This document shows, one piece after another, positions 38,710-48,549 of a stretch of 64,000 bases of DNA. The stretch lies in NCBI GenBank assembly GCA_037446635.1, contig JBBIIG010000009.1, positions 18,294-82,293 on the forward strand, given 5' to 3'. Below the pieces are notes generated by a model. That model was not told where the DNA came from and did not search any database. It worked only from the letters and a program-made list of their open reading frames with translations. Positions within the stretch are counted from its first letter, which is position 1. The number at the start of each line of letters is the position of its first letter. The stretch is from a bacterium. GTDB taxonomy: Bacteria; Zhuqueibacterota; Zhuqueibacteria; Oceanimicrobiales; Oceanimicrobiaceae. The position numbers and the translations under genes were made by a program.

Positions 38710-40199
38710 ATGAAACCCAGAAAGGTATTTCTGCAGATGGCTTGCATTGCTTGCCTACAATTCTGTTATTCACAGGCTGCAAGGAAAAGCCCGTGGAACC
38801 GGATTCACCGGCACTGCAATCGGAAGCAGAGGTTTTACAAAAGACAGCAACGGATGATTTGATTTACAAAGAGTTGGATAAGATTGCGAAGTTTTTGGCT
38901 GAGAAAAGAGCTTCCGTCGTGAACTCTCTTCCATCGCGAGTACTTGAGAGGAAGGGAGAAGAGCTTCTCAATCAACTCGCCGCAGCGCGCTCATTGCAAA
39001 CGAGATTTACCGCTACAGATGGACGTATTTTTGAAGTAACTTTTGCTTTGGCCAAAAGATCATCGGTTAATAACCTCACCGAACGGCTGCGCGTGGCGGT
39101 CGATCCCGATGATTACCCAATGGATGATTCAGGGAACTTTATCGTCTATTTTTTGGATGACGCCGGTAATTTATCCTCGGAAACCACGAGCATCGAGGAG
39201 TACAATCAGAAAGCACCCTATCCGCTGCTGCTGGTGAATACCTTCGAGGAAGTTCCTGCCAGGAATTCATTTTCAAAAGCGAGTTCAGAAAATTCAATAG
39301 AAGGTATCAACAGTCCTTTCTATCTATCAGTCCGAGCCATCGATTTGAAACGGGAAAACGACCCCGTGGGTTATGAGGAGTTTGAAATCTTTGTGCGCGA
39401 AGAAAGTATAATTACCGAGACGCTAAATTGTGACAATCAAACTGCTCAGACAACGGTCAATGTCGATCTTGAAACGGATTTCCTCTTTGATGGCCATTAT
39501 CGATATGACGCAGTGGGTCGCTACCGCTATTTTCCCGACATCAACGTGGATAATGGCGGGTGGATTACTATGCCTAACGATATCGCCCTCGTGCTTCTCT
39601 CCTCCGAAAAGAGAGGTCTCACGCCGATTGAAGATGATCACGCCGCTGGGGTCCACCACAATTCTAACAGCTTTCCATGTGGCACGGGCGTGCATACTCA
39701 GAACGTGACTGCCTATCGTTGGGATTTGGGACAAAACCAACAGAACCTGGTTATCTTTAGGGTCTACCACGACGGCGATGCGGACGACGTTTATTCCTAC
39801 TCCGGCATTTTTGGGGTGACTCAAAGCAACTGTGGGCCAATGGTCAATACGGAACGGCAATTTCCAAACACGGATATGGATCTGAAATTGATTGTTGAGG
39901 ACAATCCGCAAATCCCACCCAACCCGCCGGTCATCAATGGTTCGATAGTCAGCGGACATCCTAAGCTAACGTGGAGTGCGGTACCCGGCGCTGATGCTTA
40001 CAAAGTCACGTTAAACGACACCTACGCCAGCCAGACCCTAAACTGGACGATCACTACCACCAGCTTCGAGGATCCGCCTCGAAACCCGGTGATGTTTGCC
40101 CAGACCTCTTTTCCTTCACTAAACTACACCGTCAAAACGATTGACAACGGTTTGGAGAGCGTGCCCAGCAACGCTAAGATCTATCAGTACGTGGAGTAA
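38710..40199 (+). CDS. Secreted lipoprotein with C-terminal FN3-like domain; probable frameshift in signal peptide
   Basis: GGAGG + ATG 38710 (MKPRKVFLQ) is out of frame with ORF 38742-40199 (LLFTGC lipobox; LTWSAVPGADAYKV..YTVKTIDNGLES.PSN). Confidence 0.65.
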
Positions 40200-40211
40200 T
40201 GAAAATCCGAG

Positions 40212-40243
40212 AAAACGGCCCCATTTTTTGGGGCCGCTTTCTC
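40212..40243 (+). terminator. Hairpin after lipoprotein gene
   Basis: CGGCCCCA-TTTTT-TGGGGCCG. Confidence 0.5.
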
Positions 40244-40268
40244 CCCTAAGCTTAACGGAGGCATACCT

Positions 40269-42002
40269 ATGAAGCGAGTGATAAAATTACTTGCCTGTTT
40301 CCTCTTTTCACTTCCAACTCTGGTTCGCGCCCAATTTTCACCCATCATAGATCTTGGAAAATTTTCAGAAGATGTCCGTATCATCTATAAAACCGAAAAT
40401 GACTACGATGATTTCGGTGCCGATCTGGTAGTGGGCGATTTCAATGGCGATGGCTTCAACGACATTTTGGCCGGCGCTTATGCCTACAGCGACAGAGAGA
40501 ATTTCCGGTTTAATGTTGGACGGGCATACATCATATTCGGCGGCCCAGAGATACCCGCTATACTTGACCTTCGCGCTGACGGTACCCAATGGGTACGAAT
40601 AACTGGCGATGACCCCAGAGACAACACAGGCCGGTATGTAGGCGCCGGTGACGTGAATGGAGACGGCATTACCGACGCCATTATTGGGGACTCTCAAGTT
40701 GGCGCGGTAGCTACGGCCGGTAAACTGTTCATTGTTTATGGCCGCCAAAATTGGCCGAAGGAGATCGATCTCAACACCGACGGCGGTCCGGTCCTAGGAG
40801 TTACCCGAGTCAACGGCAAGCAGCTTGAAGACTCCTTTGGAACGATTGCAGCGGGCGGCGACCTGGACAATGATGGTTACGACGATGTGCTCATCGGCGC
40901 TCCTAATCTTGGCGAGGCCTACATTCTCTACGGCCGAGATTCGTTGGATGCGATCGTTGACATGAACACGACACCTTATCGGCTTACGACTTTTCACAAT
41001 ACTGAAAAATGGCATATCCTTTCGTTTGCCCATTTTACTGACTTCGACGGCGACGGCTACAGCGATGTGTTCTTGGGTTATACATCTTTTAGTCAAGTTA
41101 ATTACGAAGGCGCTGGGCTGATTTTTTATGGCAGCCAAGAGGGACTGCCAGCAGATGTCAATCTCGATCCGCAAAATCTTGGAACCATTAGCTCAACCTT
41201 CATTCTGGGGGATGAAGGGAGGCGCTTGGGCCGCCGGTTTGCCGTAGGGGATTTGAATGGCAATGGCCAAAACGATCTTCTAACTGCTGATATTAAAACC
41301 CAGCGCATCTATGGCTTTTTAGATATTCCGCCGCGCACGCCGTTCATAGACATGAAAGATTACCCCCACCAGTTGCTTTTGCATCAACCAGGAGAATTTG
41401 GCGATCTTGCAGTGGAGGATGTGAACGGCGACGGTTTTGACGATTGGATTACCGCCTCACCCAACGGGCGCGGCCGGGGCTACATCTTGTTTGGTGCAGC
41501 GAGCCTACCCGGTTTTCTGGATCTAAATCTGCCGTCCTATCCCCAAATTTTGGCGGCGCAGGAAAGCTGGACTTTTGGCGAGAGCATCGCCACCGGCGAC
41601 ATCAACAACGATGGCCTTCCCGACATTATCATCAGCGATCCTCACGCTCACACCATCGGCGGGGCCTCACCGGGAGAGATTTACGTGATTTACGGTCGCC
41701 GCAAACAAGATGATCCGCCGGTGGGACCATTCCAATTGCTGCAGAATTATCCCAATCCCTTCAACGCCAGCACGGTTATTCGTTACCGCCTGGAGCAGGC
41801 ACAGGTTATTCAAATTGATATTTATAACTCGCGCGGCCAGAAAATTCGCCGGCTGGTGGAGGGCAACATGCCGGCGGGAGAGCACCGCGCTATCTGGGAT
41901 GGCCATGACGAGAGCCTGCAGCAAGTTGGCAGCGGCGTGTACTTCTGCCGGATAATTGGCGAGACATTTTCGGAATCGATCAAGCTTTTGTATTTGAAAT
42001 AA
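40269..42002 (+). CDS. FG-GAP repeat (integrin-alpha-like propeller) protein with C-terminal sorting/FlgD-Ig domain
   Basis: Seven GD.NGDG..D repeats; QNYPNPFNASTVIRY...WDG...SGVYF. Confidence 0.9.
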   Translation: MKRVIKLLACFLFSLPTLVRAQFSPIIDLGKFSEDVRIIYKTENDYDDFGADLVVGDFNGDGFNDILAGAYAYSDRENFRFNVGRAYIIFGGPEIPAILDLRADGTQWVRITGDDPRDNTGRYVGAGDVNGDGITDAIIGDSQVGAVATAGKLFIVYGRQNWPKEIDLNTDGGPVLGVTRVNGKQLEDSFGTIAAGGDLDNDGYDDVLIGAPNLGEAYILYGRDSLDAIVDMNTTPYRLTTFHNTEKWHILSFAHFTDFDGDGYSDVFLGYTSFSQVNYEGAGLIFYGSQEGLPADVNLDPQNLGTISSTFILGDEGRRLGRRFAVGDLNGNGQNDLLTADIKTQRIYGFLDIPPRTPFIDMKDYPHQLLLHQPGEFGDLAVEDVNGDGFDDWITASPNGRGRGYILFGAASLPGFLDLNLPSYPQILAAQESWTFGESIATGDINNDGLPDIIISDPHAHTIGGASPGEIYVIYGRRKQDDPPVGPFQLLQNYPNPFNASTVIRYRLEQAQVIQIDIYNSRGQKIRRLVEGNMPAGEHRAIWDGHDESLQQVGSGVYFCRIIGETFSESIKLLYLK

Positions 42003-42013
42003 AGGTTTCTCCT

Positions 42014-43749
42014 ATGCGGCGAGCGATACAAGGATTTGTGAGCTTCCTTTTGTTAGTGCCCGGCATAATTCGCGCCCAATTTCCACCGATTATTGACTTA
42101 AGCAAATTTGCCGAAGATGTAAGAATCATTTATAAGACTGAGGATGAGTACGATTACTTTGGTTTTGATCTCGCAGTAGGCGATTTCAATGGCGATGGGT
42201 TTAACGACATCTTAGCTGGCGCTTATACCTACAGTCAAAGAGAGCTTTTCCGCTTTGCAATCGGTCGTGCCTACATCATCTTCGGCGGCCATAACATACC
42301 CTCCATAATTGACTTGCGCTCAGATAGCGTTCCTTGGGTGCGAATAAATGGTGATGATCCCAGAGACAATACTGGTTTTTTTGTCGGCGCTGGTGACGTC
42401 AACGGTGACAGCATCACTGACGCGATTATTGGAGACTCGCCTTTTGGCCAATTCACTACTCCCGGCAAGCTCTACATAGTGTATGGACGCAAAATTTGGC
42501 CGAGGGAGATTGACCTCAACACCGACGGCGGACCTGTGCCGGAAGTTACGCGAATTAACGGCAAGCGACCCGAAGACGCGTTTGGCGAGATAGCCGCGGG
42601 CGGAGATCTGAATGGCGATGGTTACGACGATGTGCTCATCGGTGCCTCCAATCTTGGCGAGGCCTTCATTCTCTATGGCCGCGAATCGTTAGATGCAATT
42701 GTCGATATCAATACGACGCACTATCGCCTTACGACTTTTCATAAGCCAAGGGATTGGGATTTCATCCTGCCGTTTGGGCTTTTCACAGACTTTGACGGCG
42801 ACGGTTACAACGATGTCTTTTTTGGCAATACATCCTTTAGTCAAATCGACTACGAGGGCGCCGCAGTGATTTTTTATGGCGGTAAAGACGGTCTGCCGGC
42901 AGACGTTAGTCTTGATCCGCAAGATTTTGGAACCATTAGTGCCACTTTTATTCGGGGGGATGAAGGGAGACGTTTGGGCCGCCGGTTTGCGGTGGGCGAC
43001 TTAAACGGCAATGGCCAAGCCGACCTTCTGACTTGCGATGAAAGAACACGACGCATCTATGCCTTTTTAGATATTCCGCCGCGCACGCCGTTCATAGACA
43101 TGAAAGATTACCCCAACCAGTTGCTTTTGCATCAACCAGGAGAATTTGGCGATCTTGCAGTGGCGGATGTCAACGGCGATGGCTTTGACGATTTAATTAC
43201 TGCGTCCCCAATGGGCGCGGCCGGGGATACATCCTGTTTGGTGCAGAGATCCTACCCGATTTTGTAGATCTGAATCTGCCGTCCTATCCCCAAATTTTGG
43301 CAACGCATGAAACCCATGAGTTCGGTGACGCGATCGCCACGGGCGATATGAATCACGACGGACTGCCTGATATCATTATCAGCGACCCGCAGGCTCACAC
43401 CATTGGCGGGGCCTCACCGGGAGAGATTTACGTGATTTACGGTCGCCGCAAACAAGATGATCCGCCGGTGGGACCATTCCAATTGCTGCAGAATTATCCT
43501 AACCCGTTCAATGCCAGCACGGTCATCCGTTACCGCTTGGAAAAAGCGCAGGTTATCCGGATTGATATTTACAATGCCCGCGGCCAGCGAATTCGCCGGC
43601 TGGTGGAGGGCAATATGCCGGCGGGTGAGCACCGCGCGATCTGGGACGGCCACGACGAGAGCCGGCAGCAAGTGGGCAGCGGCGTGTACTTCTGCCGCAT
43701 CATCGGCGAGAATTTTTCGGAATCCATCAAACTCTTGTTTTTGAAATAA
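42014..43749 (+). pseudogene. FG-GAP paralog split by a 1-nt deletion in a C-run at 43206-43209
   Basis: Adding one C restores ASPNGRGRGYILFG as in the upstream paralog and joins ORFs 42014-43267 and 43297-43749. Confidence 0.85.
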
Positions 43750-43824
43750 ACCTCACCCAACCTCTCCTGCGAGGAGAGGGGGACTGGAGTCCCTTCCCCT
43801 GCAAGGGGAAGGTCAGGATGGGGT
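43750..43824. repeat. ACCTCACCC...GGATGGGGT double-hairpin element
   Basis: CCTCTCCT-GCG-AGGAGAGG and CCTTCCCC-TGCAA-GGGGAAGG. Confidence 0.8.
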
Positions 43825-43903
43825 TGGCTTTTGGAAAAAAAGTCAGGGTGTCGGGCAAATCAAATTTTAATCAGAAATCATTAGTTTGAGCTTTTCACTA
43901 TCG

Positions 43904-43956
43904 ACCTCACCCTGTCCCTCTCCTGCGAGGAGAGGGGACTCGAATCCAGGATGGGT
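43904..43956. repeat. Shorter copy of the same element
   Basis: ACCTCACCCTGTCCCTCTCCTGCGAGGAGAGGGGAC..CAGGATGGGT. Confidence 0.75.
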
Positions 43957-43976
43957 CAAAGCGAAGGAGTCAACTT

Positions 43977-45023
43977 ATGGTTCTAAACACTTTGAAGCCG
44001 CAGATTTTGTTAGTAACCTTGCTGCTGGTAATCGGGACAGCCAACTCCCAGGAATTCACCTCGGCGCGCGCCACCGCGCTGGGCGGCTACGTCGCTGTAT
44101 CCAATGATGCCTTCGGCCTGGATTGGAATGCTTCGGGCATGATCTTTTCCGAGGGCAAGGTACAAATTGCTATGACCAATCTTAGCAATTCTGAAAACAT
44201 CCTCGAGTCGTTCCGGAATTACGGCCTGCTGGTGCGCCTGGGCCGTCATGCATTCGCCGTCCGCAAAACTCCGGATTTTGTGGCTTTAGCCCGTTTCGAC
44301 AAATTTCCGATACCCGAAAGAGTGGAGGATGTAATTTCTTACGATTTGCTTTTTGGCCTGGCCTATGAACAAGATTGGGCCCTTGGATATGCTTTTAAGT
44401 TATCCAACCGACTCGCTTTCGGCGCGGAAGCCCGGCGCCATAAATACAGCAACAATTTATTTTCCTCCAGCCGGTTCTGGAGTTTTGGATTTAGCGCTAC
44501 CTACGTTTTAAACGAGCGTTTTCGTTTCGGTCTCGTTTCTCGCAACACGTTCCGCGATCATTATCGGAAGCATCGCGATCGCATCATCTTTCAAATCCCA
44601 GGGGAACCAGACGTGACGATTTCCCCCATCGATTTTGACGCCCTCGCGAACGTGTTCACGGAGCCGGAGTGGCGCCTCGATTTTGGAGTCGCCGCGTATC
44701 CAGCAAAAAGCTTGCTTTTCTCGCTGGATGTTTACAGCGACGGCGGATTCGGAACGGGGTTGGAATGGCAAGCAGTGAAAGGGCTATTTCTGCGGCAAGG
44801 AATAAGCCACAAAAAGGACGGCCTGTTTAAAGCAGATAAGATTTGGGCGATAACGCCGGGAATCGGTTGGCACTACGGCATCGCCCACTTCGATTTGACG
44901 CTATATTGGAACAAGCATAATCGCGAAACCGCAATTGATGTCAATGCAATCGGAGAATTTCAGATCACTCCGTTAGATGCCAGCCGCCTGGCGGTGTTTT
45001 CCGTGTCGTTTGATGTAAAGTGA
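43977..45023 (+). CDS. Outer membrane beta-barrel protein, PorV/FadL-like
   Basis: Signal peptide; SARATALGG.VAVSNDA...WNASG N-terminal motif; alternating beta strands. Confidence 0.7.
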   Translation: MVLNTLKPQILLVTLLLVIGTANSQEFTSARATALGGYVAVSNDAFGLDWNASGMIFSEGKVQIAMTNLSNSENILESFRNYGLLVRLGRHAFAVRKTPDFVALARFDKFPIPERVEDVISYDLLFGLAYEQDWALGYAFKLSNRLAFGAEARRHKYSNNLFSSSRFWSFGFSATYVLNERFRFGLVSRNTFRDHYRKHRDRIIFQIPGEPDVTISPIDFDALANVFTEPEWRLDFGVAAYPAKSLLFSLDVYSDGGFGTGLEWQAVKGLFLRQGISHKKDGLFKADKIWAITPGIGWHYGIAHFDLTLYWNKHNRETAIDVNAIGEFQITPLDASRLAVFSVSFDVK

Positions 45024-45053
45024 ACCTGCCATGTGAATGACGTCAATTACCGA

Positions 45054-45437
45054 CTACTCCAGCCTGGCCTGCAGCGCCGCCACCTCGTCCAGAATGGCAG
45101 CGTCCTCCGTTGGCAGCAGGCGTTTAAACAGCGCCAGCGATTTGGCGTAACTTTGGCGAGCCGCCGCGTCTTGTTTTAGCGCTAAAAAAACTTCGCCTTC
45201 CTCTTTTAACAGAGTAGCCAGCGCTTTGATCTTCTCGGGACTGCCTAATAAACCGGCCAGGGTCTCCGCGTCCAAACTTTTTATCAGCTCACCGGATAGT
45301 CCGAACAACTCTTCATAAGCGTTTTGAATAATTTCCCCGGCCTCTTTATTTTTGCCCGCCTGTTTGGCAAACAACACCTGCGCCAGCACGCCCGAGAGCT
45401 GCGCGATCATGCGCATGATGTAATCTTTTTCAATCAT
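45054..45437 (-). CDS. DUF6483-like helical protein
   Basis: MIEKDYIMRMIAQL N-terminus; TPR-like end. Confidence 0.7.
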   Translation of the reverse strand: MIEKDYIMRMIAQLSGVLAQVLFAKQAGKNKEAGEIIQNAYEELFGLSGELIKSLDAETLAGLLGSPEKIKALATLLKEEGEVFLALKQDAAARQSYAKSLALFKRLLPTEDAAILDEVAALQARLE

Positions 45438-45439
45438 CT

Positions 45440-45540
45440 CTTATTGCCAATTGCTTACTGGCTACTGCCAACTGCCTACCGCCTTTTCGCCTTTCGACCA
45501 TCGCTTTTTGCTCTACGCTTCTCGCTCCACGCCTCACGCT
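45440..45540. repeat. Degenerate heptamer tract spanning the rnr 3' end
   Basis: TTGCCAA TTGCTTA CTGGCTA CTGCCAA CTGCCTA CCGCCTT TTCGCCT... Confidence 0.65.
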
Positions 45541-47695
45541 CTTCCTGGTGCACCAGCACGAAATCGATAATCCGCTCGTCCGGCTCCACCCGCACCACCC
45601 GCACTTTTACCGGGTCGCCGAGGCGATAGATTTTGCCGGTGCGCTCGCCCACCAGCCGATAATTTTTTTCATCGTGCAGATAGTAATCGTCCTCCAAATC
45701 TGAGATGTGCACCAGCCCCTCCACCAGCAAATCCACAATCTCCACAAAAATGCCGAACGGCACCACACCGGAGATGATGCCTTCAAACTCGTCGCCGAGG
45801 TGACGCTGCATGTACTCCACCTGCTTGAGCTTGATGGACTCGCGCTCGGCTTCCATCGCCACCACTTCGCGCTCGGAAGATTGCCTGGCGATGTGTTCCA
45901 GCCGCGTCGCGTGGCTCATGGCTTCGTTGAAATCGAATTCGTGGCTGTAATACTTCAGCAGCCGGTGCACTTCCAGATCTGGGTAACGACGAATGGGCGA
46001 CGTGAAATGGGTGTAGTGCTTGAACGCCAGCCCAAAGTGCCCGACGTTTTCGATGGCGTACTTCGCTTTCATCAACGAGCGCAGCATCAACTGCTCGACA
46101 ATATTTTCTTCGGGTTTGCCGCGCAGGCGTTCTAAAAATTCTCCCAACAGTTTGGCGGTGACTTTTTTGTTGGGATCGAGCGGGTAGCCGAGCGCCTTGA
46201 CAAACAGCCGAAAATCTTCCATTTTTTTGGCGTCCGGCTCCTCGTGAATGCGGTAGATGAACGGCGGCACGCGGCGGTCGCGGCGCAGGTGGAGCGCCAC
46301 GTGTTCGGTGACGGTTTTATTGGCCAGCAGCATAAACTCTTCCACCAGACGGTGGCTGCCCAGCCGGGTTTTCTTTTTGATGGCGATGGGCGCGCCGCTT
46401 TCATCCAATTGAATTTTCACCTCGGGCAGATCGAAATCAAGGCTGCCCCAGCGCTGCCGCTGTTGAATCAGAATCTGGCTCAGCTCGAACATCATTTTGA
46501 TTTCATTCGCAAAGGGCGATTTGGTTTTCGGCGACTGAATGATCTCCTCCACTTCTTCGTAGGTGAAACGCCGCTTGCTGTGAATGACGGTCTCAGCGAT
46601 TTTATAATTGACCACTCTGCCTTTGGGCGTCACCTCCATGATGCAGCTGAAGGTGAGGCGATCCTCGTTGGGCCGCAGGCTGCAAAGATGGTTGCTGAGC
46701 TTTTCCGGCAGCATCGGCACCACGCGATCGACGAGATAGACCGAGGTGCCGCGCCGCAGCGCTTCTTTATCGATGGCGCTGCGATCTTTCACGTAATAGC
46801 TCACGTCGGCGATGTGCACGCCCAGTTCATAATTGCCGCTTTGCAATTTGCGAATGGAAACCGCGTCGTCGAAGTCTTTGGCATCCTCGGGATCGATGGT
46901 AAAGGCGACGATCTTGCGCAAATCCAGGCGCCGGCGAATTTCCGATTTCGGGATGGCGTTCGGGATGGTGTGCGCCTCGTTTTCCACCGCCTCGGGAAAT
47001 TTTGTGGGCAGGTCGAACGACTTCGCCACCGACATGACATCCACGCCGGCTTCGTCCGGAAATCCCAGCACCTCCACGATTCGTCCCTCCGGGTTGAGCT
47101 TCTCGTGCTGCCAACTTTCGATTTGCGCCACCACCTTCTGCCCGGACTGGGCGTTCAGATCGTCCCCTTCCGGAATAAAAATGTCGTGGGTGATTTTCAG
47201 ATCGTCCGGCACCACGAAACCGAAGCGTTTGCTTTTGCGATAGACGCCGACGATATTCTGGCGGGCGCGTTTCAAAACCTCGATGACGCGGCCCTCGACG
47301 CTTTTGCCCGGAGCGCCGGGACGGCTCGGCTTTGCTGACGAGCGCGCGAAAAGCTGCACCCGCACGATATCTTTGTGCAAGGCCGTGCCCATGTTTTTCT
47401 GACTGATGAACACATCCTCCTGGTCCTCTTCGGTGATGAGAAAACCGTAGCCCTGAGTTTTGACATGCAGCTCGCCCTCGAGCACGGCAGCTTTTTTCAA
47501 CAAGCCGTAGTGATTGCGCTTGAGCTTCGCAATCTGTCCCTGGTTGGCCAGGCGCTTAAGGGCGTCGCGGAATTGCGGATATTCGCTGTGGCTAACCCCA
47601 ATCTGCCGCGCCAGCTCTTTGGCTTTGAACGCGCGATTGGGATGTTTGGAGAGAACGGCTTCGACTTCGCTAAAGTAGTTTTTTTGGTCATTCAT
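45476..47695 (-). CDS. rnr: Ribonuclease R
   Basis: TIDPEDAKDFDDA, HIADVS, EEFMLLAN, YTHFTSPIRRYPDL, S1 domain. Confidence 0.97.
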   Translation of the reverse strand: MNDQKNYFSEVEAVLSKHPNRAFKAKELARQIGVSHSEYPQFRDALKRLANQGQIAKLKRNHYGLLKKAAVLEGELHVKTQGYGFLITEEDQEDVFISQKNMGTALHKDIVRVQLFARSSAKPSRPGAPGKSVEGRVIEVLKRARQNIVGVYRKSKRFGFVVPDDLKITHDIFIPEGDDLNAQSGQKVVAQIESWQHEKLNPEGRIVEVLGFPDEAGVDVMSVAKSFDLPTKFPEAVENEAHTIPNAIPKSEIRRRLDLRKIVAFTIDPEDAKDFDDAVSIRKLQSGNYELGVHIADVSYYVKDRSAIDKEALRRGTSVYLVDRVVPMLPEKLSNHLCSLRPNEDRLTFSCIMEVTPKGRVVNYKIAETVIHSKRRFTYEEVEEIIQSPKTKSPFANEIKMMFELSQILIQQRQRWGSLDFDLPEVKIQLDESGAPIAIKKKTRLGSHRLVEEFMLLANKTVTEHVALHLRRDRRVPPFIYRIHEEPDAKKMEDFRLFVKALGYPLDPNKKVTAKLLGEFLERLRGKPEENIVEQLMLRSLMKAKYAIENVGHFGLAFKHYTHFTSPIRRYPDLEVHRLLKYYSHEFDFNEAMSHATRLEHIARQSSEREVVAMEAERESIKLKQVEYMQRHLGDEFEGIISGVVPFGIFVEIVDLLVEGLVHISDLEDDYYLHDEKNYRLVGERTGKIYRLGDPVKVRVVRVEPDERIIDFVLVHQEEREAWSEKRRAKSDGRKAKRR

Positions 47696-47727
47696 AATAG
47701 GTTATTGTGAGAAAATTTGTCAAATAC

Positions 47728-47756
47728 GTAGGGAACGCATAGTATGCGTTCCCTAC
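47728..47756. repeat. GTAG-type REP palindrome
   Basis: GTAGGGAACGCATA-G-TATGCGTTCCCTAC. Confidence 0.85.
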
Positions 47757-47791
47757 ATGCTTTTGATTTTACAATAGTCGAGTCATAAAAT

Positions 47792-47821
47792 AAAAAAGGC
47801 GTAACCAACTTTAGTTACGCC
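47792..47821 (-). terminator. Intrinsic terminator
   Basis: GGCGTAAC..GTTACGCC followed by T-run on minus strand. Confidence 0.7.
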
Positions 47822-47846
47822 CCACGCTCCATATTTTAATTGCTGA

Positions 47847-48407
47847 CTATCTTTCTTGTTTGCGCTTTTGTTTGAGCTGCTTGATCTCGTCGCGCAGACG
47901 GGCGGCGTCTTCATAACGCTCGTCGTTGATGGCTTTTTGCATATCGTATTCGAGGCGCTCCATTTCGTCCATCTCAGCCGGAGGCGCGCCTTCGCGCTCC
48001 GGCTCGCGCTCGTTCACGGAGGCGCGGGTCATCACCTCTTCCGAAACGAAAATCGGCGCGTGCATCCGCAGCGCCAGCGCAATGGCGTCGCTGGGGCGGG
48101 CGTCGATTTCGGTTTGCTGGCCGTTGAGCTTCAAGCTGATCAAGGCGTAGTAAGTATTTTCACGGAGATCGTTGACGATGACGCGAGAAATTTTGGCTTC
48201 AAGAGAATCGAGAAGGCTTTTGATTAAATCGTGGGTCAAGGGGCGCGGCGGGGTGATTTGTTCGAGCTGCAAGGCGATAGCCTGAGCTTCGGTATTGCCG
48301 ACTACGATAGGCAGCCAGCGGTTGTTGACATCGTCTCGCAAAATCACCACAAAGCGGTTTGTATGTGTATCTAATGTTACTCTATCGACGCGTACTGCAA
48401 TCAACAT
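47847..48407 (-). CDS. Bifunctional nuclease family (DUF151) with UVR domain
   Basis: LPIVVG..EAQAI, RPLTHDL, IDARPSDAIALA, ERYEDAARLRDEI. Confidence 0.93.
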   Translation of the reverse strand: MLIAVRVDRVTLDTHTNRFVVILRDDVNNRWLPIVVGNTEAQAIALQLEQITPPRPLTHDLIKSLLDSLEAKISRVIVNDLRENTYYALISLKLNGQQTEIDARPSDAIALALRMHAPIFVSEEVMTRASVNEREPEREGAPPAEMDEMERLEYDMQKAINDERYEDAARLRDEIKQLKQKRKQER

Positions 48408-48471
48408 TTTCAGCTTCTCCAACCGTTGATAATTGCCTGTGAGAAGGCGGCAACCCGTTTGAATTACACTC

Positions 48472-48500
48472 ATTATAAAGAATTAAAATCATACTGTCAA
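48472..48500 (-). promoter_or_regulatory. Consensus sigma70 promoter
   Basis: TTGACA-17-TATAAT on minus strand upstream of DUF151 gene. Confidence 0.75.
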
Positions 48501-48549
48501 GCGATTTTTAATGTATGAAATTTACGTTCAAATTTAGCGATTTGCCGAA

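Noticed and set aside
40269..43749. Diversity-generating retroelement (TR/VR pair) between the FG-GAP paralogs
   Set aside because: Differences are mostly synonymous third-position changes, not adenine-specific, and no reverse transcriptase is present
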